Positions 21,890 to 31,796 are shown, numbered from the stretch's first letter. The stretch is DNA of 64,000 nt from Dehalococcoidia bacterium (GCA_022827095.1 JAJDTP010000006.1:19514-83513), one strand, 5' to 3'. Numbers and translations: made by a program. Notes: generated from the sequence alone by a model not told the origin.

Positions 21890-22348
21890 TCAGTCGGACA
21901 GTGCCTCGCCGCCTCCTTCGCCGGCGGGCGGATAGTACCAGTCTCCAGAGAGCAGGCTGGAGATCGCCAACCGCATGGGTTCGAACAGGGGTAGGGGCGG
22001 ATCGCGCAACGGAAACCAACCGTATTCACAGAAGGAGCCGTCACCGGCCTGGGGAACGGGGTCCTGGTCGCCGATATCGCCCAGGAACTCCACGTCCACA
22101 TAGTGACGGTCGTAAGCAACAATGTTGCTCAGGCAAAGCACGCGAAGCTCGCCCACCTCCACTCCCAACTCTTCGTGGGCCTCCCGGCGGGCGCACTGCT
22201 CCAGCGTTTCTCCGAACTCGAGATGGCCGCCCGCCGAGCCCCAGGTCGCCTCGCCGTGGGCTCCCTGCCGCTGCGCCAGGAAGACCTTGCCGCCCCTGAC
22301 GAATACCACTCCCACACCCACCAGCGGCCTGTCTGCCTGCGTACTCAC
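21890..22348 (-). CDS. Nudix hydrolase (MutT/NUDT15-like)
   Basis: Nudix box GGHLEFGETLEQCARREAHEELG, plus RPLVGVGV and PLPLFEP. Confidence 0.88.
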   Translation of the reverse strand: MSTQADRPLVGVGVVFVRGGKVFLAQRQGAHGEATWGSAGGHLEFGETLEQCARREAHEELGVEVGELRVLCLSNIVAYDRHYVDVEFLGDIGDQDPVPQAGDGSFCEYGWFPLRDPPLPLFEPMRLAISSLLSGDWYYPPAGEGGGEALSD

Positions 22349-22540
22349 GGCCTCAGTATAGCACGGGGTCAAGGACGCCCCAGCGTCGAGTACACCTGGG
22401 TTCCCACGCGTACCTTTTTGGTGATCGTCAGGAGGGAAGAGAGGTGGTGATCTCGTTGCTCACAAGCGTCCGATGTCCCGACCAGATTGCCACGCTATGC
22501 CCCTCAAGCGTACCCACTTTCAAAAATCAGCGGGACGTTT

Positions 22541-22577
22541 TACCGGGATAAACAGGATGAACGGGATGGACAGGATG
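22541..22577. repeat. CAGGAT-type short repeat (9-nt period)
   Basis: GGGATAAACAGGATGAACGGGATGGACAGGATG closely matches the copy at 27274-27303. Confidence 0.7.
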
Positions 22578-22775
22578 ATTCCAGTTTGGGCTTGACCGGC
22601 GACGGTCTCAACCCGGCACCCGCTCATCCGATATTGAGCGGGTGCCGCAGGTGACGAGATTGCCACCCCCGCATCAAGTGTGGGGTCGCTATAACGATTC
22701 GAGTGAAACTGGATACGCGTGAGGACAGCTACGGCGTTGACGCGGTTCGGGGCTACGCATAGACTGGTAGTGCTT

Positions 22776-23480
22776 ATGTCACGCATTTTTGACTTACACA
22801 TCCATACGACCAAAGGCAGCTCCGATTCCAGCCTGACGCCCGAAGAACTCATCCTGGAGGCAGAACGTCTGGGACTGCGTGGCTTGTGCATCACCGAACA
22901 TTCCGGTCCATGGGACCGGCACGAATTCGCGGCCTTTGCCGCCCTGCACAACGTCGTGCTCATCCGCGCCATGGAAGCCGACACCGACATGGGTCACATC
23001 CTGGCTTTCGGCGTGGACCGGTACCAAAGTGGGTTCAACCGCGCGGAGGAGCTCAGCAAAGCGGCCCACGCCGTTGGCGGCTTCGTCGTGTCGGCGCACC
23101 CGTTCCGGGGTGTCCTGGGGCGACATCAGCGAACCCGCCCTCTACTCTATCCCGACCCCAAGGAGCCGATCCCGCAGGATGTCGACACTGCTATGACGCA
23201 TCCGGTGTTCCAGTTGACGGACGCCATCGAGGTTGCCAACGGCGGCACGTCTGACGAGGAAAATCGCTTTGCGGCCGACGTCGCCCAACGGTTGAACCTG
23301 CCGGTGACCGGTGGCAGCGACGCTCACAGCCACCACGGGCTGGGCAAATTCGTGACCGAATTCCCCGACGAAATCTTTGACGAGGCCCAGTTTCTCGCGG
23401 CGCTGCATCGCCGGGACTTCCGCCCGTTGGAAGGGCTGAGGCAGGGATCCTTGCGGCCGTACCGCCTGCGCTCAACGTAG
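22776..23480 (+). CDS. PHP-domain metal-dependent phosphoesterase
   Basis: DLHIHT, ITEH, GHILA, SAHPF and GGSDAH metal-binding motifs. Confidence 0.88.
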   Translation: MSRIFDLHIHTTKGSSDSSLTPEELILEAERLGLRGLCITEHSGPWDRHEFAAFAALHNVVLIRAMEADTDMGHILAFGVDRYQSGFNRAEELSKAAHAVGGFVVSAHPFRGVLGRHQRTRPLLYPDPKEPIPQDVDTAMTHPVFQLTDAIEVANGGTSDEENRFAADVAQRLNLPVTGGSDAHSHHGLGKFVTEFPDEIFDEAQFLAALHRRDFRPLEGLRQGSLRPYRLRST

Positions 23481-23512
23481 GCTCGGTTTCGCGCCGAGAG
23501 CAGTTCATCGCG

Positions 23513-26356
23513 ATGACTCAGACGCTGTTGCCCAAAAGTGACATATTCGAGCGCGACTTCGTCTGCGTCGATCTGGAAACCACCGGGCTTCAAGCGCAAT
23601 CCGATGCCATTATCGAGATTGGAGCCGTCAAGTTCCGGGGTGGCGAGATCACCGAGCGATACCAGACCTTCGTGAATCCGGGTCGCCAGATCCCCACGTT
23701 CATCCAGCAATTGACCTCCATCAGCCCCGCTCAAATAGAGCGAGCGCCACGGTTCCAGCAGGTGGCCGCGCAGTTCGCCGGTTTCGTGGGTGATCTGCCC
23801 ATCGTGGGGCACAACATTGCCTTTGACCTGGGATTTCTGTCATCGCACGGTCTCCACCTGACCAACCGGAGTTACAACACCTGGGACTTGGCGTCGATAT
23901 TCCTGCCCACGCTGCCCGAATACAACCTCAGCGCTCTCGCCCGGCATTTGGCCCTCGACCACAACCAGGCCCATCGCGCCGTGGCCGACGCGGAAACTAC
24001 CGCGCTGGTTTTCCATGAGCTATTGAAACTGGGCGCTTCGTACCCGTCGGCGAAAGTCGCGTTTATCGCCCGCGCTGCCCGCGCCGCTAACGCCTCGGTT
24101 GCGGAACTGCTCGAGGCGATCGTGCCTCATGCCCCCGGCGCCAACGCCGCTCCCGGAAGCAACGGCGCTGTGGGACTGACCGGGTTGAACCTGGATAGCA
24201 TTGCCAGGCGGATGTCGCATGATGCGGGCGACCAAACGGCCAGCGCCGTCCGGCGTGAGCTCACCGAGCAACAGGTCGAGGACCTTCTGGCGCCCCACGG
24301 CGTTTTCGCAAGCTCTTTCCCTGGGTTTGAAAACAGGCCCCAACAGGCCGAGATGCTCAAGGCGGTTACCCGCGCCATCTACCAGGGCCGGAAGCTGATC
24401 GTGGAAGGCGGCACTGGTATCGGCAAGAGCATCGCATATCTTCTCCCCGCGATTCTTTACTCCGCCACCCACGGACATCGGGTGGTGATTTCCACCAACA
24501 CCATCAGCCTGCAGGAACAGCTGATGGATAAGGACATTCCGGCGGTGATCTCCATCCTGGAAGAGGCCGGCGTCCTCGAACCAGGAGCGGTTCGCGCGGC
24601 TCAACTCAAAGGTCGATCCAACTACGTGTGTCTGCGCCGGTGGACCAGCCTGGGCACATCGGACACTTTGTCCGAGGACGAGGCCCGGGTGCTGGGCAAA
24701 ACCGCAGTCTGGCTGGACGATACCGTAGATGGCGACCGCACCGATCTCAACCTGAACTTCGGAGACCATCGAGCCTGGTTGCGGGTGTGCGCCGACAACC
24801 AGGGCGTGTGCCAGTCGTTCCGCGGCGGCGCGCCCTGCTTCCTGCGCCAGGCCCGCCAGCGAGCCGAAGCGGCCAACATCCTGGTGGTGAACCATGCCCT
24901 CCTGCTGGCGGACCTTGCCGTCGGTGGCACGGTGTTGCAGGACTACCAGCACCTCATAGTCGACGAAGCCCACCACCTGGAGGAAGAAGCAAGCCGGCAG
25001 TTGGGTTTTGAGATGGCCGAGGACGATCTAGCCCAGGAAATGGACGCCGTTTACCGCTTGTTCCGGCACCTGACCGGCATCGCCAACCAGTCGCCCTACG
25101 ACGAAAACCTCGGACGCGCCCGGGACGCTCTAACCAACGCCACGGCCAGTTGCAACCAGGCCCTGCAGGCGTGGCAACAGCTGTGGGCGGCGATCACCAG
25201 CCTCTATCAATCACACACCCGCGGCGACAACGACCGTCAGCCGGTCTCCCTGGAGCCCTCGGTGCGGCAGAGCCGGGAATGGGGCGCCGCCGCCCTCGAA
25301 TGGGAATCGTTCTCAACCTTTATGGCCGACGGCGTGAACCGCCTGAACGACGTCTGGAGGCTGGTGGACCAGGGGATATTCGATCTCTCTGACGACAGCC
25401 AGGGAAACGAACTGATCAGCGCGGTAGACATGGTCTCCGAGTTCAACGACCGTCTGTCATCCGTCTTCGGTCGTTATGATGAGGAACGGATCCAATGGAT
25501 CGACATGGTGCGGCGCAACATCACGCTGCACTCCACCCCGTTGTCGGTCGGCCCTATCCTGTCTGAGAAGCTGTTCCAACAGAAAGAGACGGTGGTTTTG
25601 ACCAGCGCGACCCTGGCTACGGACAGCAACTTTGGTTTCCTGCGGCAACGCCTCGGCTTCCCCGACGACTGCGACGAACTGCTGGTCGACAGCCCGTTCA
25701 ACTACCGGCGCAATACCTTGCTCATGGTGCCCGATGACCTCCCCGATCCGCGTCGCGGCGCCGACCACGCCCGCGGGACGGCCCAGGTGATCCTCAACAT
25801 GGCGCAGGCATTGGACGGACACGTCATGGCGCTGTTCACTTCCCACAGTGCGCTGCGAGACGCATCCTTCCACGTCCGTGGGCCCTTGCGCGCGTCGGGT
25901 ATCAACGTTCTGGCCCAGGGGATCGACGGCACGCCGCGACAACTGGTTGACCGGCTGCACGCCGACCCGCGCGCCGTCCTGCTCGGCACCGCCAGTTTCT
26001 GGGAGGGTGTCGACATGGAATCGGGCATCCTGCGCGGGTTGCTGCTGTGCCGCCTGCCCTTCCCGGTTCCTACGGATCCCATCGTCAAGGCCCGGGGTAA
26101 CTTGTTCAACAATCCGTTCAACGAATACCAGGTGCCGTCCGCCGTCCTCCGTTTCCGCCAGGGGTTCGGCCGGCTGATCCGCAACAAAGTGGATCGGGGC
26201 GCCGTAGTCATACTGGACCGCCGTATCCAAACGGCAAACTACGGTGACCGCTTCCTGAACGCGCTGCCCCCCTGCACGGTCGAAAGATCCAGCGTCAACA
26301 CCGTCGGCGATCAGGCCGCCCGTTGGCTGCAACTCGACCGCCCTCGAACCGGCTAA
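23513..26356 (+). CDS. dinG: DinG-family helicase with N-terminal DnaQ-like 3'-5' exonuclease
   Basis: Exonuclease: VDLETTG, HNIAFD, HRAVADA. Helicase: RPQQ, GTGIGKS, STNTISLQEQL, KGRSNYVC, VNHALL, DEAH, TSATL, SFWEGVD, RLPF and QGFGRLIR. Confidence 0.93.
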   Translation: MTQTLLPKSDIFERDFVCVDLETTGLQAQSDAIIEIGAVKFRGGEITERYQTFVNPGRQIPTFIQQLTSISPAQIERAPRFQQVAAQFAGFVGDLPIVGHNIAFDLGFLSSHGLHLTNRSYNTWDLASIFLPTLPEYNLSALARHLALDHNQAHRAVADAETTALVFHELLKLGASYPSAKVAFIARAARAANASVAELLEAIVPHAPGANAAPGSNGAVGLTGLNLDSIARRMSHDAGDQTASAVRRELTEQQVEDLLAPHGVFASSFPGFENRPQQAEMLKAVTRAIYQGRKLIVEGGTGIGKSIAYLLPAILYSATHGHRVVISTNTISLQEQLMDKDIPAVISILEEAGVLEPGAVRAAQLKGRSNYVCLRRWTSLGTSDTLSEDEARVLGKTAVWLDDTVDGDRTDLNLNFGDHRAWLRVCADNQGVCQSFRGGAPCFLRQARQRAEAANILVVNHALLLADLAVGGTVLQDYQHLIVDEAHHLEEEASRQLGFEMAEDDLAQEMDAVYRLFRHLTGIANQSPYDENLGRARDALTNATASCNQALQAWQQLWAAITSLYQSHTRGDNDRQPVSLEPSVRQSREWGAAALEWESFSTFMADGVNRLNDVWRLVDQGIFDLSDDSQGNELISAVDMVSEFNDRLSSVFGRYDEERIQWIDMVRRNITLHSTPLSVGPILSEKLFQQKETVVLTSATLATDSNFGFLRQRLGFPDDCDELLVDSPFNYRRNTLLMVPDDLPDPRRGADHARGTAQVILNMAQALDGHVMALFTSHSALRDASFHVRGPLRASGINVLAQGIDGTPRQLVDRLHADPRAVLLGTASFWEGVDMESGILRGLLLCRLPFPVPTDPIVKARGNLFNNPFNEYQVPSAVLRFRQGFGRLIRNKVDRGAVVILDRRIQTANYGDRFLNALPPCTVERSSVNTVGDQAARWLQLDRPRTG

Positions 26357-26383
26357 CCAACGTTTCCGGGTGCGGGTCAAGGA

Positions 26384-27265
26384 TTGGCGGTGCTGGAACA
26401 GACGGGGCAACTGACGATAGACCAGCCCTTTGACCTGGCGGAGAGCCTCGAAAGCGGGCAGGCCCATCGCTGGAAGAATCTGGGGGAAGACTGGTATTCG
26501 GGCGTGTTGGGCCAGTGGCTCATTCACATCCGACAGACGGCAGGAGGAGTGGAATATAGCGCCGCCGGCTCTGGCGATGCCGTGGACCCGGGCGCGCTGT
26601 CGGACTTGCTGCGGTCTTATTTCCGTCTCGACGACGACATCTGCGCCATATACGACGACATTTGCCGAGACCGGCGGGTCGCGGAAATGGTGGCCCGTTA
26701 TCCGGGGCTGCGAATTTTGCGCCAGGATCCCTGGGAGTGCACGGTGGCGTTCATCTGCTCCGCCACGTCCAACATCCCTCGCATCCACCAGAACATGGAG
26801 GCCATGGCGGACAGCCTGGGAAACCCGCTGGAACTGGACGGGGAAGTCCGGCACACTTTCGCGTCCGCCGAACAACTGGCCTCCGCCGGAGAAGGGTTTC
26901 TTCGAGAGTTGGGCCTGGGGTTCCGCGCTCCCTATGTAGTCGCGGCTGCGCAACGCGTCTGCGACGGTGAGCTGGACCTGGAGGAACTGATCCGCCTGCC
27001 CTATCCGGAAACCAAGTCCAGGCTCATGGAGTGCTACGGCATCGGCGCCAAGATCGCCGACTGCATCGCGGTGTTCTCGTTGGAAAAGTTGCAGGCGTTT
27101 CCGGTGGACGTATGGGTGCGCCGTGCCTTGGCGGAATGGTATTTCCCCATGCAGAAAAAGCCGCCAGACCGAGCGATGGTGGAATGGGCGCAGGACCACT
27201 TCGGCCAATACGCGGGCTACTCCCAGCAGTACCTTTTCCACGGCCGCCGTCGGGAGGGGCGGTAG
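26384..27265 (+). CDS. 8-oxoguanine DNA glycosylase (OGG1/HhH-GPD family), copy 1
   Basis: LESGQAHRW, GLRILRQDPWE, FICS, LGLGFRA and GIGAKIADC...AFPVDVWV...YAGYSQQYLF. Confidence 0.9.
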   Translation: MAVLEQTGQLTIDQPFDLAESLESGQAHRWKNLGEDWYSGVLGQWLIHIRQTAGGVEYSAAGSGDAVDPGALSDLLRSYFRLDDDICAIYDDICRDRRVAEMVARYPGLRILRQDPWECTVAFICSATSNIPRIHQNMEAMADSLGNPLELDGEVRHTFASAEQLASAGEGFLRELGLGFRAPYVVAAAQRVCDGELDLEELIRLPYPETKSRLMECYGIGAKIADCIAVFSLEKLQAFPVDVWVRRALAEWYFPMQKKPPDRAMVEWAQDHFGQYAGYSQQYLFHGRRREGR

Positions 27266-27273
27266 AGAATGTA

Positions 27274-27303
27274 TTTACATGGATAAACAGGATGAACAGG
27301 ATG
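27274..27303. repeat. CAGGAT-type short repeat between the two OGG1 genes
   Basis: TTTACATGGATAAACAGGATGAACAGGATG lies directly after the stop codon of copy 1. Confidence 0.7.
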
Positions 27304-27348
27304 TTGTGAAAGGCTGGATGCACGGCAGTCGGAGTTCGGAGGAACGTG

Positions 27349-28536
27349 ATGGCGCAGGAACTGGAAATTGAGCAGCCGTTTGACCTAGAACTCAGCCTGA
27401 CAATGGGGCAGGCGTTTCGCTGGCAGGAACTGACGCCGGATTTCTATGGTGACGGTCACAAGTGGTTCTCGGGTGTACTAGGCGAAAACCTGATCCACAT
27501 CAGCCAAGTTGGTGGTCTCAACGGCCCGGTTAGGTATCGGATAGGCGGCCCGGACGGGGAACGATCTGCCACCGTCGCAGACAACGATATGCTGCGCTGC
27601 TACTTCCGCGAGGATGACGACATCGCGGCCATATACGCCGACATCAGCAGCCAAGACGATCATATCGCTGAGTTGGTGCGAAAATATCCCGGGATGCGCG
27701 TGCTGAGGCAAGAACCTTGGGAATGTTTGGTGTCATACATCTGCTCAAGAAGTAACAAAATCCCAAACATCAAGCAGTGTGTGTCTGAGATTGCCACGCT
27801 GAGCCGTCAAACGATGAATCTGGGCGATGACGAACGACCTGCTTTCCCAACACCAGAACGGATATTGGAAGTCAAACTTGAGGCATTGATTGAGCTAGAG
27901 TTTGCAGGCAGGTTCAACCGTGACTTCCCATCGGTAATATTCGCCGCCGCACAGCGGGTTCATGATGGCCGGCTGGATTTTGACGAGATGAAATCATTGC
28001 CTTATTCAGTAGCTAAACAGAGTTTGATGCAAGGAAAAAGGCAAGGTCGTAAAGTTCCCAACGGAATCGGTGCCAAAATTGCCGACTGTGTTGCGTTGAT
28101 GTCGTTGGACAAATTGGCAGCGTTCCCGGTGGACACGCACATTAGAAAGCTAGTGAACGAGCGGTGGTTTGGCTGGGAAAAGCCTCCCTCCGACACTAGA
28201 ATCTTGCGCTGGGCGCAAGACTGCTTTGGACTCAATGCAGGCTACGCTGGCCAGTTTATATTTTGTGACCGGTCACAGGTCGGGAATCGCACTGCATCCA
28301 GTACATCACGGAGGGAGGTCCAAGATACGGTAAAGACCAGAAGCCGTAGTTTTGAAGATCACCGGGCTCGTCAGTGTCCATTTTGCGGTGCTCCACCGGG
28401 TAGCCATTGCAAAACTCCGGGAGGACATTACCTGCTCCAAGGACATAAAGATCGCCGTTCGCGAGCACGGAGAACAATCAGAAACGCACGCCGCCGCCGA
28501 TCACCCGGTAGTGCTGTACGTCGGCGGCTTCGATAA
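27349..28536 (+). CDS. 8-oxoguanine DNA glycosylase, copy 2, with C-terminal zinc-finger-like extension
   Basis: MGQAFRW, GMRVLRQEPWE, GIGAKIADC...AFPVDTHI and AGYAGQFIF, then tail CPFCGAPPGSHCKTPGGHYLLQGHKDR. Overlaps the pduX 3' end by 59 bp. Confidence 0.82.
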   Translation: MAQELEIEQPFDLELSLTMGQAFRWQELTPDFYGDGHKWFSGVLGENLIHISQVGGLNGPVRYRIGGPDGERSATVADNDMLRCYFREDDDIAAIYADISSQDDHIAELVRKYPGMRVLRQEPWECLVSYICSRSNKIPNIKQCVSEIATLSRQTMNLGDDERPAFPTPERILEVKLEALIELEFAGRFNRDFPSVIFAAAQRVHDGRLDFDEMKSLPYSVAKQSLMQGKRQGRKVPNGIGAKIADCVALMSLDKLAAFPVDTHIRKLVNERWFGWEKPPSDTRILRWAQDCFGLNAGYAGQFIFCDRSQVGNRTASSTSRREVQDTVKTRSRSFEDHRARQCPFCGAPPGSHCKTPGGHYLLQGHKDRRSRARRTIRNARRRRSPGSAVRRRLR

Positions 28537-29383
28537 ATTCCTCCAGGGCCAGCCGGTACGCCGGCTTGCTCTGTCGTTTCCGCGCATCTAACAGGATACC
28601 GACCACGGTTCCGCTGTGGGCCACATTGACGCCCACCGCGCCGATTTCAGCAGCGAAGTCTGACGCCTTTTGCACCCACGGGCCGGTGTCATCCGGCCGT
28701 CCTACTTGCGCCGAGATGGTGGCGCCCCGGCCAACCAGCTCAGGATCGCAGCGGCGGATGCCTTCGCGCACCAACTCCAGGGCCTCGGTGGTGGCATCGG
28801 CGACTGACCGCCAGTGCTCTTCACGATCGACCCGGTTGAACTCCAGCGTATCTACCTGACCGCCGCGGTCGATAACGATTACCTCCATTGGAGGAGGAGC
28901 GCCTAGAAGTTCGAGGACTCTGCCGCGACGATGATCGAACATGGCGATGCCGGGAAACATCACGCCGTCGGTCGGCTCTACCCCCAGCGCGATCTTTGCA
29001 ATGGCATCCGGCGACAAATCGACACCCGCGGCCTTGCCTGTCGCGCACACCGCGGCCGTGATGTCCGCGCTGCTGCTGCCCATGCCTTTGCCCACCGGCA
29101 TCGGGTTTGCCACCGTGACGTCGACAACGATGCCGGGCATTCCGAGGCAATGGCTGAGTCGGGCCAACGTGTCAGCCACGGCTTGGCGGGCTTTTGGCAG
29201 GTGGTCGATTCCTCGTATATGCTCGCCGGGCTGATCTGATCTGGAGACGGTGACCGTCGCTCGCGAGAATTGGTTGATCGGGCAGGTCACCAGGAAGTCT
29301 ACGTCCCCGGTCATTCCCTGCACCAGTTCGCCGCAGGTTCCCGGCGCCAGCACCGAAGCCGTTCCCAACGTGTAGTCAGCCAT
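28478..29383 (-). CDS. pduX: L-threonine kinase (GHMP family, cobalamin synthesis)
   Basis: APGTCGELVQG, PVGKGMGSSSADI, EPTDG and GVNVAHSGTVVG. Downstream of cobU. Confidence 0.88.
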   Translation of the reverse strand: MADYTLGTASVLAPGTCGELVQGMTGDVDFLVTCPINQFSRATVTVSRSDQPGEHIRGIDHLPKARQAVADTLARLSHCLGMPGIVVDVTVANPMPVGKGMGSSSADITAAVCATGKAAGVDLSPDAIAKIALGVEPTDGVMFPGIAMFDHRRGRVLELLGAPPPMEVIVIDRGGQVDTLEFNRVDREEHWRSVADATTEALELVREGIRRCDPELVGRGATISAQVGRPDDTGPWVQKASDFAAEIGAVGVNVAHSGTVVGILLDARKRQSKPAYRLALEEFIEAADVQHYRVIGGGVRF

Positions 29384-29412
29384 TGCGTCGCCCTGCGCCG
29401 GCCCACCGCTGG

Positions 29413-29982
29413 TCAGCGGGCGGTTCCCGTGGGCTTGATCGGAACGGGCAACCCGGCCACTACCATGGTGACCTGGTCCGCTTCCTCCGCCATCGCCTGG
29501 TTGACCGTTCCCAGCAGATCCTGGAACTGGCGGCCCATCGCGGTCGTCGCAACCAAGGAATGGCCGATTTCGCTGCTGACTACCACTGCCTGGCTATCGA
29601 TCTCCCGAATGTATTCAGCAAGCCGCCGCGCCGCGCCCACGATGCGGGCTTCCAATTCCGACCGCGGCGTGCCCTCGTGCTCCAGCATCAGATTCGACAC
29701 CCAAACGTCCATTGAGTCGAGCAGCAGGACGGTGGGAGGGTCCATGGCGCGCGACTGATCCTGCAGCGCGCCAACTGGGTTCAGGGGAGCTTCAAGGGTT
29801 TGCCAATTTTGGGGTCGCCGCTGCTGGTGTCGTTGGATGCGCTCCTCCATCTCCGCGTCAACGGCGATACCCGTGGCCACGTACAGGGCTGGCTCGCGTC
29901 CGGCAATTTCGGCTGCCAGACGTTCCGCGTAAGCGCTTTTACCCGACCGAATGCCGCCCAATACCAGGTGTATCGAGCTCAT
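29413..29982 (-). CDS. cobU: Bifunctional adenosylcobinamide kinase/guanylyltransferase
   Basis: LVLGGIRSGKSAYAE, YVATG, RHQQRRP..W.TLE, VSSEIG and VVAGLP. Start re-called at ATG 29982, overlapping the cobQ stop. Confidence 0.92.
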   Translation of the reverse strand: MSSIHLVLGGIRSGKSAYAERLAAEIAGREPALYVATGIAVDAEMEERIQRHQQRRPQNWQTLEAPLNPVGALQDQSRAMDPPTVLLLDSMDVWVSNLMLEHEGTPRSELEARIVGAARRLAEYIREIDSQAVVVSSEIGHSLVATTAMGRQFQDLLGTVNQAMAEEADQVTMVVAGLPVPIKPTGTAR

Positions 29983-31544
29983 AGCGCCGGCGTCAGCCCC
30001 GCCATGTCGTATACCAGGTCCATGCGCAGGCTGTCCCGCACCCAATCGGCGAGCCGGTCGTACTCCCGGTCACGCGCCACGTCGACCCCCTCGGGCAACC
30101 CGACGCCTTTCCGACGGGCCAATTCGCCCAGGATGGCCCGTCTGACGCCGGCGTTGTGGAACAGCCCGTGGATGTACGTTCCCATCACGCGCCCGCTGGC
30201 GTCCAGCGCTCCATCGAACGCCGTCTCCGGGGTGACGGCGGTATCGGCCCGGTCAACCACAGTGAACGGCGGTATAGCGCCTTCACCCGTGGTTCGCCCC
30301 ATGTGTATCTCGTAGCCAACCACCGTTTCACCGTCGGCGCCCGACATCAGGTGGCCGCGTGTGGACGCCTCTTGCCGGACGGTAGCCTCGACCCGGTGGG
30401 TTTCCTTGGTTCCGGCGAAGGTGGTTACTAGGGGGAGCAGCCCGAGGCCGTCCGCAGCCCCGATCGAAGACTCGATGCGATCCGGGTCCAGCAGGGTTTT
30501 GCCCAGCATCTGGTAGCCGCCGCAGATGCCGATGATCGCGGAGCCGTGCTCCACAGCCCCCGAGACGGCCCGGGACAATCCCTGCTGTTCCATCCACATC
30601 AGATCGGGAATGGTTGTCTTGCTGCCCGGGAGGATCACCAGATCCGGCCGACCCAGTCGGTCGCCGCTCTGGACGTACCGGAGTGAGACCCCCGGCTCCC
30701 GCGCCAGCGGGTCGAAGTCGTCGAAGTTTGAAATGTGGGGGACCTGCACCACCGCCACGTCCAGCACGTCAGGGGAGGATGCGTGAGGCGGCGTAATGTC
30801 CAGCGCCACCGAATCCTCTTCGGGAATGTGTATGTCCCGGAAGTGATGAACCACGCCGACCACGGGTTTGTTCGTGTAGTTTTCCAGCCAGGTCAACCCA
30901 TCGGTCAAGAGCGAGACGTCCCCGCGGAACTTGTTGATCAACAGGCCCTTGACCCGATCTCGCTCCGCATCGTCCAGCAGTTGCAGTGTACCCACCAACG
31001 ACGCGAACACGCCGCCCCGGTCGATGTCTCCGCACAGAAGCACCGGCGCGTTGGCATGGAGCGCGACCCGCATGTTGACGATCTCGGTCGCTTTCAGGTT
31101 GATCTCGGCCGGGCTGCCCGCCCCCTCGATGACCACCACGTCGTGCTGGCTGCGCAAAACGTCCAGCGAGTTGGAAACCGACTCCCACAGTGTGGCTTTC
31201 AGGTCGAAGTAGTCACGAGCGCGGGCAGAGGTCAGGGGGCGGCCCATCAGCACCACCTGGGCGTGGCTGTCCGCCTCCGGTTTGAGCAGGACCGGGTTCA
31301 TCTCGATGCGCGCTTCGACGCCGGCGGCCTCGGCTTGGACAGCCTGGGCGCGGCCGATTTCGCCGCCATCCGGCGTGACGTATGAGTTGTTGGACATGTT
31401 CTGCGCCTTGAACGGCGCGACGCGCAGCCCGTCCTGTCGGAATATGCGACAAAGCGCCGATACCAGCACGCTCTTGCCCACGTGGGAGGCCGTGCCTTGC
31501 ACCATTATCACTCGGCCGGCCGGGGGGGTGTTTTGTGTTGTCAT
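29979..31544 (-). CDS. cobQ: Cobyric acid synthase
   Basis: VQGTASHVGKS, PFKAQNMSNNS, EGAGSPAEINL, DIDRGG, INKFRGD, ISNFDDFDPL, GICGGYQMLG, GYEIHMG and GTYIHG. Confidence 0.96.
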   Translation of the reverse strand: MTTQNTPPAGRVIMVQGTASHVGKSVLVSALCRIFRQDGLRVAPFKAQNMSNNSYVTPDGGEIGRAQAVQAEAAGVEARIEMNPVLLKPEADSHAQVVLMGRPLTSARARDYFDLKATLWESVSNSLDVLRSQHDVVVIEGAGSPAEINLKATEIVNMRVALHANAPVLLCGDIDRGGVFASLVGTLQLLDDAERDRVKGLLINKFRGDVSLLTDGLTWLENYTNKPVVGVVHHFRDIHIPEEDSVALDITPPHASSPDVLDVAVVQVPHISNFDDFDPLAREPGVSLRYVQSGDRLGRPDLVILPGSKTTIPDLMWMEQQGLSRAVSGAVEHGSAIIGICGGYQMLGKTLLDPDRIESSIGAADGLGLLPLVTTFAGTKETHRVEATVRQEASTRGHLMSGADGETVVGYEIHMGRTTGEGAIPPFTVVDRADTAVTPETAFDGALDASGRVMGTYIHGLFHNAGVRRAILGELARRKGVGLPEGVDVARDREYDRLADWVRDSLRMDLVYDMAGLTPAL

Positions 31545-31796
31545 CGTAGTGATTTCGACTCGCTCAATTGCCCGTGCATCGACCCTGGGATACTCGGCAT
31601 TAAACCACAGTTTTCGTGACGGCGACCGCTAATCGGGGCCGTCCACTTCGCCCTGTGCCATCTGATCCCTGTTTGACCCGCGCCGCCGATGAACGGCGCG
31701 GGTCGCCCTCCGTTGCTTATTGGGATGTTGGATGCTACCGTTACGCGCGTGCGCTCGAAATTGATCCCGCGGCCCATGGGTACGACGGCTCCCTGG

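Noticed and set aside
31545-31796. Cobalamin riboswitch upstream of cobQ
   Set aside because: Conserved B12-box elements were not found on the minus strand by eye. An Infernal scan would be needed to exclude it fully.
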